Shown here one piece after another: positions 38,218 to 51,219 of a stretch of DNA of 64,000 nucleotides (position 1 is the stretch's first letter; each line of letters opens with the position of its first letter). The DNA is from Negaprion brevirostris. Lineage: Eukaryota. Under the pieces are notes generated by a model. It had not been told where the DNA came from and searched no databases. It saw nothing but the letters and a program-made list of their open reading frames with translations. The stretch is taken from contig JARDVH010000163.1 of assembly GCA_030324005.1 (NCBI GenBank), forward strand, positions 47,622,954-47,686,953. Reading direction: 5' to 3'. The position numbers were made by a program, and so were the translations under genes.

Positions 38218-38541
38218 CATAGAATCATAGAATCCTTGCAGTGCGGAAGGAGCCCTCCAGCCCATCGAGTCTGCACCAACAACAAAGCCATCCAGGCCCT
38301 ATCCCTGTAATCCTATGTATTTACCCCACTAATTCCCCTGACACTAAGGGACAATTTATCATGGCCAATCCACCTAACCTGCAAATCTTTGGAGTGTGGG
38401 AGGAAACTGGAGCACCTGGAGGAAACATATGCAGACATGGAGAGAATGTACAAGCTCCACACAGGCAGTGACCTAAGGCCGGAATTGAACTTGAGTGCCT
38501 GGTGCTGTGAGACAGCAGTGCTAACCACTGTGCCACCATCC
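38218..38541 (-). mobile_element. HE1-type V-SINE, full length
   Basis: Tail, core and tRNA-like head present. Confidence 0.88.
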
Positions 38542-39204
38542 CACTCCTAGAAAAAGATAAAGCAGGATTCTTGATATATTTTGTTATATTTGGGATTTTT
38601 ATTCAATGTATTCTTTCGCACATCGATCCCTCATTGACAAATGTCTTGAATGAGTTGTCTTTGCATCTTGCAGCAACGTAGTCTGGATGACTTTATCTTG
38701 GTAATCTCCTGGGGATCAGAATTGTTCATTGTCTTCTTCAACCAAGCAGTCTTGTAAAGAAGTGGTGGATACGATCCTTATCGTTCCTTGCAAGGAAAGG
38801 AGTCTACTCTATTTTTTAGGACTGATCCTAAATTGTCCTGTTGTCCTCACGTTATCTCTATGAAAATAAGTATTTGTAGTTTTAAAAGCCCAGTCACATC
38901 CAGCATTGCTTTGATAGGGAACACTTGAATTCCCAATAGAATTAAATCAGAGGAGAGTACCTCTAATGGAATGCATTTGAAATCCGATTATTAAATTCCT
39001 GCAAATGGGGAATAGTACTGTTTATTCTCTTGAAAACTTGAAACTGATTTTTAACAACATTTGATTTTTTTCAGAAGGAAGAACGTGCACATATATTTTA
39101 TGAAAGCACTGTATAATTTTGTTACATATTTCAATAAGTGGCTCAAATGGGATTCTCAGTACTGAAGTGAGTACAATGAAGTACAATTGTGAACACAATT
39201 AGAA

Positions 39205-39416
39205 TATAGGATCTTGGAATCACTACAGTGCAGAAAGAGGCCATTTGGTCCATTGAACCTGAACTGATAATAATCCCATCCAAGTCCAAACCCATCACCC
39301 CACTATTTACCCTATTAATCTCCCTGGAGACTTAGGGGCATTTTATTATGCCCATTCTATCTAACTTGCACATCTTTGGAGTATGGGAGGAAACCAGAAC
39401 TCTCAGAGGAAACCCA
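39205..39416 (-). mobile_element. HE1-type V-SINE fragment
   Basis: Tail and partial core. Confidence 0.75.
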
Positions 39417-39475
39417 ATTAGACCAACATTTTTAATGTATTTTAGATGAATGGTATTGGTCTCATGTTTTGGTCC

Positions 39476-40866
39476 CAGTGCGGTGGTGGGAACAGAAGCT
39501 ATTGTACAGGATTCTCCAGCTACAACTGCGTAGGTTAGTGTGCAGCCAAGCAAGCAGGGCCCCAAGCAGCTGGAAAACAAAGGAAAGGCAATGGAGGAGG
39601 ATGCCCTGATTACCTTGTGGTCTTCCAGGATTGGTGGGTTGTACTTTGAGTGGCTTATTGGAGGGACTTTTTAATAACTTCAGCACTTATTCTAAGTTGT
39701 TCCATTCTTAATAGTCTGGGAATGTGTGAGGAGTATCTGGGATGTGGCCTCTGGAGAAGGACAAAGACAGACTTAGTCAATTGGGTTTTACTGCAAGCTT
39801 TGGGACCCTGTAGTCAGGACCACATGGGAATTCCAAGCCCAAACTTATGGCAGCAAGACCAGTGGCGCAGCCTTCTGTGAGGTGGCTCCTAATTGGCTGC
39901 CTCTCTGAGATCAGGTGGGATCCTGATACCATAGGTCCAATCAGAGTGCTGGCAGTTGTGGAGCCTCAGCAGCCCCCATGATCTGGAGAGGGTGGGCACT
40001 GGGTGTCACATGAGGGTGCCTCAACATGGAGGCTCTCTCACTGACCAACACAGAGAGGCTGCACTGAATACCCCTGAAGCTGGTGGGGGCATTAGGATGG
40101 ATTAGGTGTGGCCTTTCATCCGTACAGCCTGGTTGTTGGGCAGGGGCAGGGTGTCTCCATTCAGCTACTGGTCTCAGCGTGTGGTAGAGGATTATTCCAG
40201 TGCTGGGAAGTTTCCCATGATGCAACAGAACTTCCCCTATTTGGGGCTTTAACCATCCAAATTGACAGCCCATTTCTGTGGAGCGATCAACCCTGTCCTC
40301 TTACCAACTCGACCTTGGGAAAATTCCCTTGTGACAAGAATGCAATGGGGAGCTGCCTTGACATGGTTTCCTCTACTTTCCTGGCACCACCCCCACTTCC
40401 TCCTCCAGTCCTGTCTGCATGGCCTAGGCAATCCAGCCCAGCATCTGCATTCAGAATTTGTGTATTACCTCTTTGGATCTGTTTATAACTTACAGATCCT
40501 CCATGCATTCCTCCCAAATCTCTCATCACCTGTGTTTGTAATATGGAAAGCTTCATTTTGGCACCAGAGTAGGAAAAGGGAAGAATGAATCTTGTAAGAA
40601 CTAGCAGTGACAATTATACTAACCTGGGGTCATAATTGAGTATTATTAAAATTCCCCAAAAAATCTACACTGATTTTGGAGAGAGGCAGTATAAAAAGCA
40701 GAGAAATGGGAGGGAGGGCCAAGGATCCTTAGGATAACAGAGTGGTAGTGGGAACAGAAGCTATTGTGCAGGATTCTCCAGCTACAACTGCGTAGGTTAG
40801 TGTGCAGCCAAGCAAGCAGAGCCCCAAGTAACTGGAAAACAAAGGAAAGGCAATGGAGGAGGATGC
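39476..40866 (+). repeat. Pair of ~129-bp direct repeats (39476-39604 and 40738-40866)
   Basis: GGGAACAGAAGCTATTGT..CAACTGCGTAGGTTAGTGTGCAGCCAAGCAAGCAG..GGCAATGGAGGAGGATGC present twice, about 7 mismatches by eye. Confidence 0.9.
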
Positions 40867-42049
40867 TATGGGCAACCATGTCAGAACTGTGGTCAGCTTG
40901 AGTGACAAGGAGGATGAGTGCCTCACAGTACAGTAACAAATGAAGCGATGAGTTTATTTAGGAATAACCTAGGATATCTGATCACCTATTGTCATCTTGT
41001 GCCTTGTATTATTTGAAAGGAGTGAAATATATTAATTTAATGAAGCTCAGAGAATATCAGTTTTTTCTCCATAATTAGCAGCCAGAGAAAACAATTGCTT
41101 TCTCAGAAACTGTACATTCAAAAACCCCTGGGTTACTGTAATCTGATTGGAAACCATAAATTATGGAGCAAAAGAGCCAATGCTCCATTAAAAAGGAATT
41201 TCACTCCTTGGTACCAATGTAAAAGAAGAACTTTGAAATTGATTGAAAAGAAAAAATTAATCCTATGCTTTAATTTTCTAAAGATGGATCCTTTGGTGAA
41301 ACAGAGCCCTCTGGTCACAGTTTTAGGTTTATTACAGTCTGGAAGCTTCGAAAGCAACTCTAAATGTTTAGTGGTGAAGATTTGACTGGATATTATAATT
41401 TAGTTACTCTACAAATACTTTCTTCTGATGGTAACAAAGAGCTGCTTTATTAGACAATGGAAAGATGTGTGCAAAATACTCTGGAATTTTATTACCAATA
41501 TCTACATTGGAAACTGTAAACTGTGGATCTGTCTGTCTCCCAAATCACATTCAGATCATGTAGCACAAGCTATAAACTCTGAATCCAGCACATTAAGGAT
41601 CACATGCAGCAGATTTCATTATACTTGATTGTTGTTTGCACACCCATTTCATTAAACAATTTCGTTGCTTTTGCATCTGTGAAATTGAATACATATGAAA
41701 TGTTTCTATCAGGCGTAGCTGATTATCTACATGATGAATCAGAAAGTAACTAAAGGATCCCTCTTGTGTCGCCTCATGACTGAGGTAACGACTAGGCCAA
41801 AGGAAGATCAAAAGGGTTATCTTCCACACAGACAAATCTGACAATCTAATTTGGGTTGAAAAGCATATTTACATCTCCAACAGAGTATCTCTGAAATGAT
41901 GAGTGGCGACTTTCTTTCTTGGTGGCTAATAATCCCAAATAGCTCTGCTTTCAATCCACAAACTGGATGAATCTTGGGTTCTAATACATTTAAGTGGTCC
42001 ACTTAGGCTATTTACTCTTTGAAGGAGTAATTTAATCCATCACCCTACT

Positions 42050-43445
42050 CTCAATCATCAGCAAAGCTGTCATTGACAGTGCTATGAAGCAGCATTTACT
42101 CAGCAACAACCTGTTTGCTGATTCTCAGTTTGGGTTCCACCAGGGCCACTCAGTTCCTGACCTCATTACCTTGTTGGTCCATACATAAAGAACTGAATCC
42201 CAGAGGAGAGGTGGGTGTGACTGCTCTCCATTTTGAGGCTGTATCTGATGGAGCATGGCATCAAGGAACCTTAGCAAAATTGAATTCAGTGAAATTCAGG
42301 GGAAAGTTCTCTAGTGGTCGGAGTTCATACCTAGGAAAAATGAAGATAATTGTGCTTGTTGGAAGCCAATCATCACCGTCTCGACACATCATTGCAGGAG
42401 CTCCTCAGGTTAGTTTCCTCGCCAAACTATCTTTGGATGTTTCATCAATAATTTTCCCTCCAACATGTAGTCAGAAGTGAGGATGTTTGCTAATGGTTGT
42501 CTAATGATCAGCGTCATTCACAGCTCCTCAGATAATGAAGCAGTCTGTGCCTGAATGTGGCAAGAGGTGGACATCAGTAAGGCTTGGGCTGTTAAATAAC
42601 AAGTGACGTTCATGCTATTCAAGTACCTGTCAATGATTATTCGAACATTAGATAATCTGATCTTCTGCCTTTGGCATTCAGTGGCAATACCATTGTTGGA
42701 TCCCCTGACATCCTGAGAGTTAACATTGACCTGAAACTTAAATTAGACTAGAACTATAAATACTGTGACTACAAAAGCAGGTCAGTGGCTGGGAATTCTC
42801 TGGTGAGTATCTCCAGTGAGTATCTCACAACCTGACTCCTGAAAGCCTGTCCACCATTGACAAGGCACACTCAAGATTGTGTTGGAATACTCTCCACTTA
42901 CCTGGGTGAGTGCAGCTCAAGAAACTCAGCACCAACCAGGATGAAATAGCCCACTTGACCGGCATTCGATCCACCACCTTGAACATTCACATTTTTCAGC
43001 AATGGTGCAACGTAGCAGCAGTGTACATCATCTACAAGATGTGCTGCAGGAACTCACCAAGATCACTGACAGCACCTTTCAGACCTGCAATCGCTTCACT
43101 CTAAGGACTAGGGCAGCTGACACACCATTTTACAAGTTTCCCTGCAAGTCGCACACTATTCCAACTATTCCAAAGGAGAGACATGTTGGACTTGAAATGT
43201 TAACTCTGCTCTCTGCGCAAATGCTGCCGGACGGGCTGAGTTTTCAGTGTTATTCTGACATGGAACTGAATCGCTGTTCCTTCACATTTGCTGGGTTGAA
43301 ATCCTGGATCTCTGTCACTAACAGCGGTATGGGTATACATACATAACAGTAGTGAAGAAGGTAGCTCATCACCACCTTCCCAAGGGCAGTTAGGTAATAA
43401 ATGCTGACCTCACCAGTAAACCTCTTATCGCAAGAATGAGTAATA
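42050..43445 (+). mobile_element. Decayed CR1-clade LINE, RT to 3' end
   Basis: QFGFHQG-like, VTALHFEAVSDGAWHQG (FDRVWH remnant), AGAPQVS and MFA remnants; tail shared with the 4737 SINE family. Confidence 0.8.
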
Positions 43446-44624
43446 AAAACTGATCCTCAGTCATTGGAAGGACATCTGCCCCTCACCAAAGTGTCAGTTT
43501 CTCATATTTGAGCCCAGACAGGTTACTTTACTGTACTGTCTCATTTCTCTTCATATCCACATTAAACACAAATATCTTTACTCGGCTTAGTAGGAGTACA
43601 GTTAACGATATAATACATCCATTAGCAACACAATACATCCGTTAGCAACAAATACATAACAAGGTTTAAATATATAATCCCTCGATGATTCGTTGGCTCC
43701 CATTGATTTTTAATACTTCTTAGAAACTGACCAAATTGCTTGCATCATGTTTTACAATAATCTTTATTCCCTTTTCATTAACCTGGATATGGATATTCTG
43801 TTGATCATACTGCTCGATCAAAATCCACCAAATGCTACAATTGTTCAATGGTGCATTAAAGAGTGGGTTTTTTCGTCCCTCTCCATTGCATGTTTGGTGA
43901 TGGTGGGAGGCGGTGCACCGCTCGCTGGTGGTGGNNNNNNNNNNNNNNNNNNNNNNNNNNNNNNNNNNNNNNNNNNNNNNNNNNNNNNNNNNNNNNNNNN
44001 NNNNNNNNNNNNNNNNNNNNNNNNNNNNNNNNNNGGTGGGATCTTATGGTCCCGCCATTGTCAATAGGGTTTCCACACCCCTTGCTACCAGGAAACCCAT
44101 GGCGGTTGTGCACCATCGGCAGGATGTAAGACCCTGCTGGTGTGAATGGCAGCAAGATTTTGGTGCAATTCTTTGGACGGAACTTTCTCAAAAAATGGCA
44201 ATGTGAAAGGTTCTGAGTTGCTTCATTCCTGAAGGGAATGAAAACAAAATGCTGACAAGAGCAGCTCCACAGGGATGAGGATGCCGTTTTAAAGAGAGCT
44301 TTCCCCTGAATTTCATTGAATTCAATTTTGCTAAGGTTCCTTGATGCCATGCTCTATCAAATACTGCCTTGAAATGGACAGCAGTCACTCTCTTCTCTCC
44401 TCTGGGATTCACAATCTCAAATTGAAGTTAAAGATCATCATGACTGGCATTTTGGGCATCACTGCCCCCTACACTCCCCTGCCCCCTTGTACTTACATCC
44501 TGCCCCTAACCTGGTTGGCACTGCCAGGGTGCCAAGGCACGCGCAGTGATTTGCCTCACCGCCCAGGGAGAAGTAGTTTCTCCTCAACTCTGTTATAAAT
44601 TTGCTACTACATTGAACAGAAGTT

Positions 44625-44845
44625 CCCCCTTGAGGGACAGTTCTAGGACAAGAGGTCACAGATATAGAGTGATAAGTGTAGGCTCAAAACTGAGATGAGG
44701 AGAAATTACTCCTCTGACAGTTGTGACTCTGTGGAACTCACTGCCCCAGAGTGCAGTGGAGGCAGAATTAATCAACAAGGAAGAGATAGATATATTTCTG
44801 CTGAAAAGCGATATAAAGGGCTATGGGAAGCATGCAAGTGGCTAT
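44625..44845 (+). mobile_element. CR1 LINE 3' fragment
   Basis: TCTAGGACAAGAGGTCACAG..ACTGAGATGAGGAGAAATTAC..TGTGGAACTCACTGCCCCAGAG. Confidence 0.75.
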
Positions 44846-45029
44846 ACTCACGTCTGAGCCCCTAGCATGGTCATCACGACTAGGTTCTGCTTTTGGAAAC
44901 CAATTGTGATTCCCGCAGGGTGGGGCGGAGGGTGAAAATCTGATGAGGTACTCAGATGCTATGGTGTACAGACATTTCGGCATATTTAAATCAATTCACA
45001 TTAGTGGATTCACAGTCATAGATGTTTAA

Positions 45030-45420
45030 GGAGTGTGATAGGGGACTGAGAACACAGTCTTGTGGGCACTGATGTTGAGGATGATCGTGGAGGAGGTGTT
45101 GTTGCCTATCCTTACTGACTGTGGTCTGTGAGTTCAGAAGTCCAGAATCCAGTTGCAGAGGGAGGAGCCCAAGCCCAGGCCACGAAGTTTGGAGATGAGT
45201 TTCATGAGAATAATGGTGTTGAAGGCTGAGCTGTAGTCAATAAGTAGGAGTCTGACATAGGTGTCATTGTTGTCTAAGTGTGCCAGGGTTGAGTTCAGGG
45301 CCAGAGAGATCGTGTCTGCTGTGGACCTGTTGTGGTGGTAGGCGAACTGCAGTGGGATCCAGGTAATCTGTGAGGCCGGAATTGATTCGTGCCATGACTA
45401 GCCTTTTGAAGCACTTCATA
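45030..45420 (-). mobile_element. Rex1/Babar-like LINE RT fragment
   Basis: Minus strand reads [41 protein letters not shown]. Confidence 0.8.
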
Positions 45421-47167
45421 ATAACTCAGTGCATTGTTTCTACATTTGTTTTGCAAGTTCGAGGTTGCTATGTGAGCTTACTATTTGTCTGACTTAAAAT
45501 GATTCAAAAGGCATTTAGAGACTATCAATTACTAAGTTAAGAAAGAGAAGAATTAGTAATAATGCAAATGATTGGTATATCAGTATTGTACTACTTTGGT
45601 TGGAATCTAGTGGATTTTTCCATTCAAAGGAACATGCATCATTCTGTGGGTAACGTTTGCACATCCCGTGGATTAAGCAAAGGTTTCATCACTTGTCCAA
45701 ATGATAACTTGCCCATTTCAGGATCAGAAAGGCCCCACAGTCTATGTTTAAGTTGGGAGTAAATGGAAAAAAATAGTTTAACAGTGAGTCAAAAGAGCAA
45801 CATGCAAAAAATAAGTGTTGGAGTACAAAATATAAAAGGAGTAATTTCTGCCGCTATTAAATTTAAGCATAGAAATCAAACAAACAGATTGTACAAAGGT
45901 ATATCACCACTGTCCAAGTGTATTTTCGTAATGTACAAATGCAAATGCTGCATTTAAAAAAATCATTTAATTGCTAAATGGGTTTCTAGATGGGCAGAGA
46001 TCAGTCCACACACTGTAAAGCTTAGCTGCAAATTTGCTATACCACTAGATGGTTTAGTCCTTTTTCAGCAAGAACATGAAGCAAGCAAGTGCTCTGTTAT
46101 TGCTTTCTGATCTTGTTTCATTGAACAAATTGAAATGGAATGAAAGCAAAATTGTCCTGCTACATACAGTGTTTGTATGGATTGAAAAAAATCTTTTTAC
46201 TAACTTTAGCCGAGTGAGTCCACAGTTGGTAAATGTTTCTCATAAATGTCTCCATGGATTATCATGGACACGTACAGCCTGCGTGAATGAAGTACAATGA
46301 AGAGCATTTCTGATTAATAAAAAGAGTGAACGAAAGAAAAAGAGAATTACACCAGAAGATGACATGTGTGACTGTTGATTTGTATTGTATAGACATAGGA
46401 TTCCAGTGCGTGAATGGATTGCTGATTTGTTTTACTCTCACTCTACCACATCAACAGTGTGTCAAAGGAATCTGATTGAAATTGACTTTAATTCATCTTC
46501 CCGGAAATATCAACAGTTGACGCCACAGGTTCAGAAATATCAATAAAAGCACATTAGTACGAATGCCAGAATCTGAAACCAAAAGAGAAAATGCTGGAAA
46601 ATCTCAGCATCTGTAAGGAGAGAAAACAGCTGGCGTTTCAAGTCCNNNNNNNNNNNNNNNNNNNNNNNNNNNNNNNNNNNNNNNNNNNNNNNNNNNNNNN
46701 NNNNNNNNNNNNNNNNNNNNNNNNNNNNNNNNNNNNNNNNNNNNNNNNNNNNNNNNNNNNNNNNNNNNNNNNNNNNNNNNNNNNNNNNNNNNNNNNNNNN
46801 NNNNNNNNNNNNNNNNNNNNNNNNNNNNNNNNNNNNNNNNNNNNNNNNNNNNNNNNNNNNNNNNNNNNNNNNNNNNNNNNNNNNNNNNNNNNNNNNNNNN
46901 NNNNNNNNNNNNNNNNNNNNNNNNNNNNNNNNNNNNNTTTGAACAGCTCGCTCATGGTATTTTCTGGTCCTGTCCCTGCTGTGACAGAACAGTGAAGTTC
47001 TAGATGTGCAGGTTTGGTGCATTGGCCATGCTAAATTCTCCCTCAGTGTACCTGCTCAGGTGTCGGAATGTGGCAACAGGGGGATTTTCACAGTAACTTC
47101 ATTGCAGTGTTAATGTAGGCTTACTTGTGACACAAATAAAGAAAACATCCCTGGAATTGGATGGATA

Positions 47168-47386
47168 GGGCAAGATTTTCTAGCCGTTCTTGCTGGTGGA
47201 ATCTTCCGATTCCGCCAACAGTGCCACCCTCCCCCATCCCCGGCTGTAGATGACCCGGTAACAGGAAGTGCGAACAATGAGAAACCCCATTGGCAACAGC
47301 GGGACCGAAAGACCCAAACCACCAGGCAATAGTCGGCTGACTGCACTACTGCAAAACACGAAGTGGGGGCACAAAAAATCTCACCC
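47168..47386. mobile_element. ~220-bp non-autonomous TIR element (Harbinger-like)
   Basis: GGGCAAGATTTTC ... AAAAATCTCACCC termini, ATA/ATA 3-bp TSD. Confidence 0.65.
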
Positions 47387-48399
47387 ATAACATTTAACAA
47401 AGCAATAGCATTGTTAGATGACAAAGATTGGAGCAAAAACGTGACAGGAAGAGGAAAAGCTGACATGTACCTATCACACATCTGGAGAAAGAATAGACAT
47501 GATGTAAAGGCAATCATGGAAAGCTTGATCAGTAAATTTTTCCCTCTTTGCCAAATGTGAATTGGAAAACACTTGAGGCAAACTTTGAGTTGGTTGAAAA
47601 ATAAAAATTATGGACAAAAGGGTTTTTTGAAAATAACTGACCAATTTGACTGATTTATGTTTTTTCTTTCACTTATGGATTTCTATCACTTTTGGTAGCA
47701 ATAAGTTCTGATTTGTTACAGCCAAAATGGTTTTGCCTAAAAATCCCAGTAATCCATCCATGTTTTATTGATAGATCTTTTGAATCAGTAATGAATTACT
47801 TTAACCTTCCCCACATAACCATGCTTGACATATGGGTACATGTCTGCAGTTAATGTTCCTCTTGATACTCATGGAATATAACTTTAGCCAGCTCTTTTGA
47901 GCAGATGAGCAGGAAACCCCATGTTGACAGGGGTTTTCTCTGCAGGCTATGTATTGCTAAACTTAAGCTGATACAGAGACTCATGAAATGTCATGTACTG
48001 ATTTTAAGACATGTCTTTATTAACCAAAAGATTGAATGGGAGAATGATATGAAGTAGCCCAGCACTCTACGTATAGAATGCAGGCTGCCCAATATCACTC
48101 TGAAAAACAATGCCTCTGTGAGGGCAATTGTACACTCCCAAAATCATATTGCCCATCTTTCCGGTGGGCATTATCCAGTAAACATTAATACAAATCAGTC
48201 AATAATTAACTCCAGCCAATAACAGTATATTTCCTGATCTCATGGGATCTCATTCGTCATTCATTACAGATATTACCTCCCTTCTATTGCCCGCAACACA
48301 GAACGCTGGGCAGTGAGATGGGAGAATGATTTCCGCGGACTCGAACCAACGTGACACTTGTCCAACCCTGAGAAATCCCTTATATCTGCCTTGCACTTG

Positions 48400-48510
48400 T
48401 GTTATCAGCTTGGAGCAATATAGTTCTATTCATCGAACTGGTATTGATACAGTTCAATGAATAGAACTATACGGTGCCAAATTGCCTGTTCCCGACAACT
48501 GCTGATAACA
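48400..48510. repeat. Palindromic element with 22-bp near-perfect stem
   Basis: 48419-48440 TATAGTTCTATTCATCGAACTG pairs with 48450-48471 CAGTTCAATGAATAGAACTATA (1 mismatch); outer TGTTATCAGC / GCTGATAACA. Confidence 0.85.
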
Positions 48511-50714
48511 TAACCCCATTCATTAGAATTATTATCCTCTGAAATGCAGGCACTGTCTCCTGTCTCATCCCAGCAAGCCATGCTGTATTTTGCAGTTGCC
48601 TGAAGCTTTCACAAAATGTCACTAAAAGCAAACTGCATCCATTTTATAAATTCAAAATACATGTTTTAAATGAGAAATACTTGTTATCCAAATACAGCCG
48701 TCTTCTATAACAACAGTCCTTGTCGGTGCTCTCCTTCGCCTAAGATCATTCACTCAGTCAATATTGTGTTAGTGTTCTTAGACTCCTGATTATGTGTTTT
48801 ATTAGCCTAATTTAGTCCCCCTGCATCATTCCAATTAAAGATGGCAGATGGCTGTCCAACCATGTAATCATGGTTGGAAATTAAATTTTAACTTGAGGCT
48901 TGAGTGAGCTTCCATACTTGGCACATCTAATGCTGAGAAGAAGCCTGGACAACTTAGTTATTTTGCTTTCTTGTTGGCAAGAGATGCAGGAATGGATCAA
49001 TCATGATCAATCCCCTGCCCAAACTAGTCAGCTAGCTGCCAGGAGCCATTCCTGCAGTATCTCAATGGTGGCTACCTCCTGTTTGAAATCCCACTCCAGC
49101 CTGCCAGTTAGCTAGGGAACCCTGCAACATTCAGGCAGCACACTGACTGGGTTAATCTTCAATGTGACTGGGGAATTAAAAGTGGTGTATCATGAAATCA
49201 ATTGAATGTTTATGTTAAAAGCTCCCAGGCTCCGTCCTGTGGCTAACCAGATGATTTTTCATACATGTGATTTCTGATTTAAAATCCAGATTGTAGTTGC
49301 AGAATTCCAGTTATTAGCTAGCTGAGGAACATGACGTTTGAGTTAATCAGTGCAAATGTACGTCGTCGAAACTTGCATGTATTCTCCCATGTGATGTAAG
49401 AGGTATGATGGTTGAATTGTGGTAAGTGAGAAGTGGATGGAGCCTTGCCACTTTTGTAATATTTAAGTAGATTGTCTGTGGCACCGTTCATGGGTATTCA
49501 GAGGACGTATTACTTAATAAGCATCAAGATTTTACCATGTAATAAATAATGTAAAATAGTGCTTTATTTTGTTCACTGTAAATGAGTGTCCTGAATGTAA
49601 AACAGATTAAGTATTCTTGAAAAAATATACTGAAATTGAAAATAAGTTGATCAGTTTTATGGTTGTAATGACAAGTGTTAAGTTTCTGCTTTTTAAACTG
49701 TGACGTTAAGCATGATATTACTTTTTAATGTTTTCTTTAACTTAATAAAAGTTGTTGATCAGATTTTATTGCTAGTACTATGGCTGTTAATGGTGGTACA
49801 TGGTGATTTATTAGGTTTGATTGGTTTATTCTCATTAGGACTGTTACTTGTCTCCTGAATTGCTGTTCTTCATTTCTGATTCTATTTTTGATGCATGATT
49901 GTTTTATTTAATTATGTTTTTATGGGTTTGGAACCATCCATTATGATTATCGTTTTCTCAGATGAGTTTTTGTTTTGCAAATTCAGTTGATTTCATAATC
50001 CACCACCCTCAACGAGGAAGGATGCTCACGAAAAGCACATCCTCCGAATTTAGGGCACGCAACTTATTACTTTTCTCCCTTTTTAAATTAATGGCCTGAA
50101 AATGATTGGTTGCATGACCACAATTTCCCAAGAGGTGCATCCCGCAAATTCTGGAAGCAGAATAGTGGAACTGCCTCACAATTCCCATCTTGGATTGTAT
50201 TCTGGATGAAAGCAAAGCTCTCTTTTGATTTTGGATTGTATTATGTTGATCCTAGTATAGCAGTGTTTAATTTTGTTTAACTGCTCACCTCAATATAATT
50301 GATTATATTGTGTCTGCGAAGAACAAGAATCCTTTATCTTTTCAATCATGTAACATTTTATTCTTAATGTTGCTGTATCATTTGTAAGACAATCTGCAAC
50401 TGTTTTGAGCTGGATTGGTGCAGTGGAGGGCAGAGATTAGTGGGAAGTGTAGATGAAGGTTCAATCTCAGTGACAATGGCATTGGGTAACGGTTAGAACA
50501 GCTCACACTAGTGAGAGGTCAGCATGGATCTGGAGATTTGAATTTTACCCTAACCCATTGTTAAAAAGAATGTGGGTGAAGGTCTGACGACGCTTGTACG
50601 TGTGCCCAAATTTATTGTGGCATTTGACTTGAAACCTGCCATTCACTTTAAATAGCCCACTTGATGCCAGTGATGGAAAGAACCTTGTTGTAAAAACCTG
50701 TGTGTTTTAACCTC

Positions 50715-51215
50715 TGTTGTGAATAAAGGCATAAAGTCGACTTTAAATACTTAAACACAATTTCCTTTATTCTGTAGCTACTTAAACAACAGTAAATATT
50801 TGTAATACATTAACCAAATATTCACTGTATGTTACTTTACTCAACTTAAAGTTGATTTCCACTTAAAATTAAAACCTGACCAGGATTTTGTTGCCACATG
50901 GAATCAATTCTTTGTTCTCTTCTTCCAAATGTTGTCTCTTCTTGTGAGCTTAGTTTCCGGGTTTGTCACACTGTCTTTCTGAACAAGTTCTTTGTGTTAG
51001 CACCGAAAGTTCCTTGGTAACTAGTCAATGAACTGATCACAAACCCCAAATACGTCATCCGATTAAGTCGATCAAATAAAGCCAGAGTAGTGGTCACTCT
51101 AGACCTCATCATATCAAGGCATGTTGTTTATATTCTAATGCTCAGATAAGGAACACTGACTGAAAAACTCTGTAAAGAACTCCTCCCTGTCAAGGACAAA
51201 CTGTTAAATATGACA
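50715..51215 (-). mobile_element. Possible solo LTR
   Basis: TG...CA ends, flanks CCTC / CCTT, AATAAA on the minus strand near 50765-50770. Confidence 0.4.
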
Positions 51216-51219
51216 CCTT

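Noticed and set aside
39941-40613. Several overlapping 100-126 aa ORFs
   Set aside because: Expected in locally GC-richer DNA; no domain motifs or convincing splice structure.
46076-46213. ATG ORF ending at a phase-0 GTGAGT donor (MKQASALLLL..NFSR)
   Set aside because: No recognisable homology and AT-rich intron-like composition; cannot be supported without transcript data.
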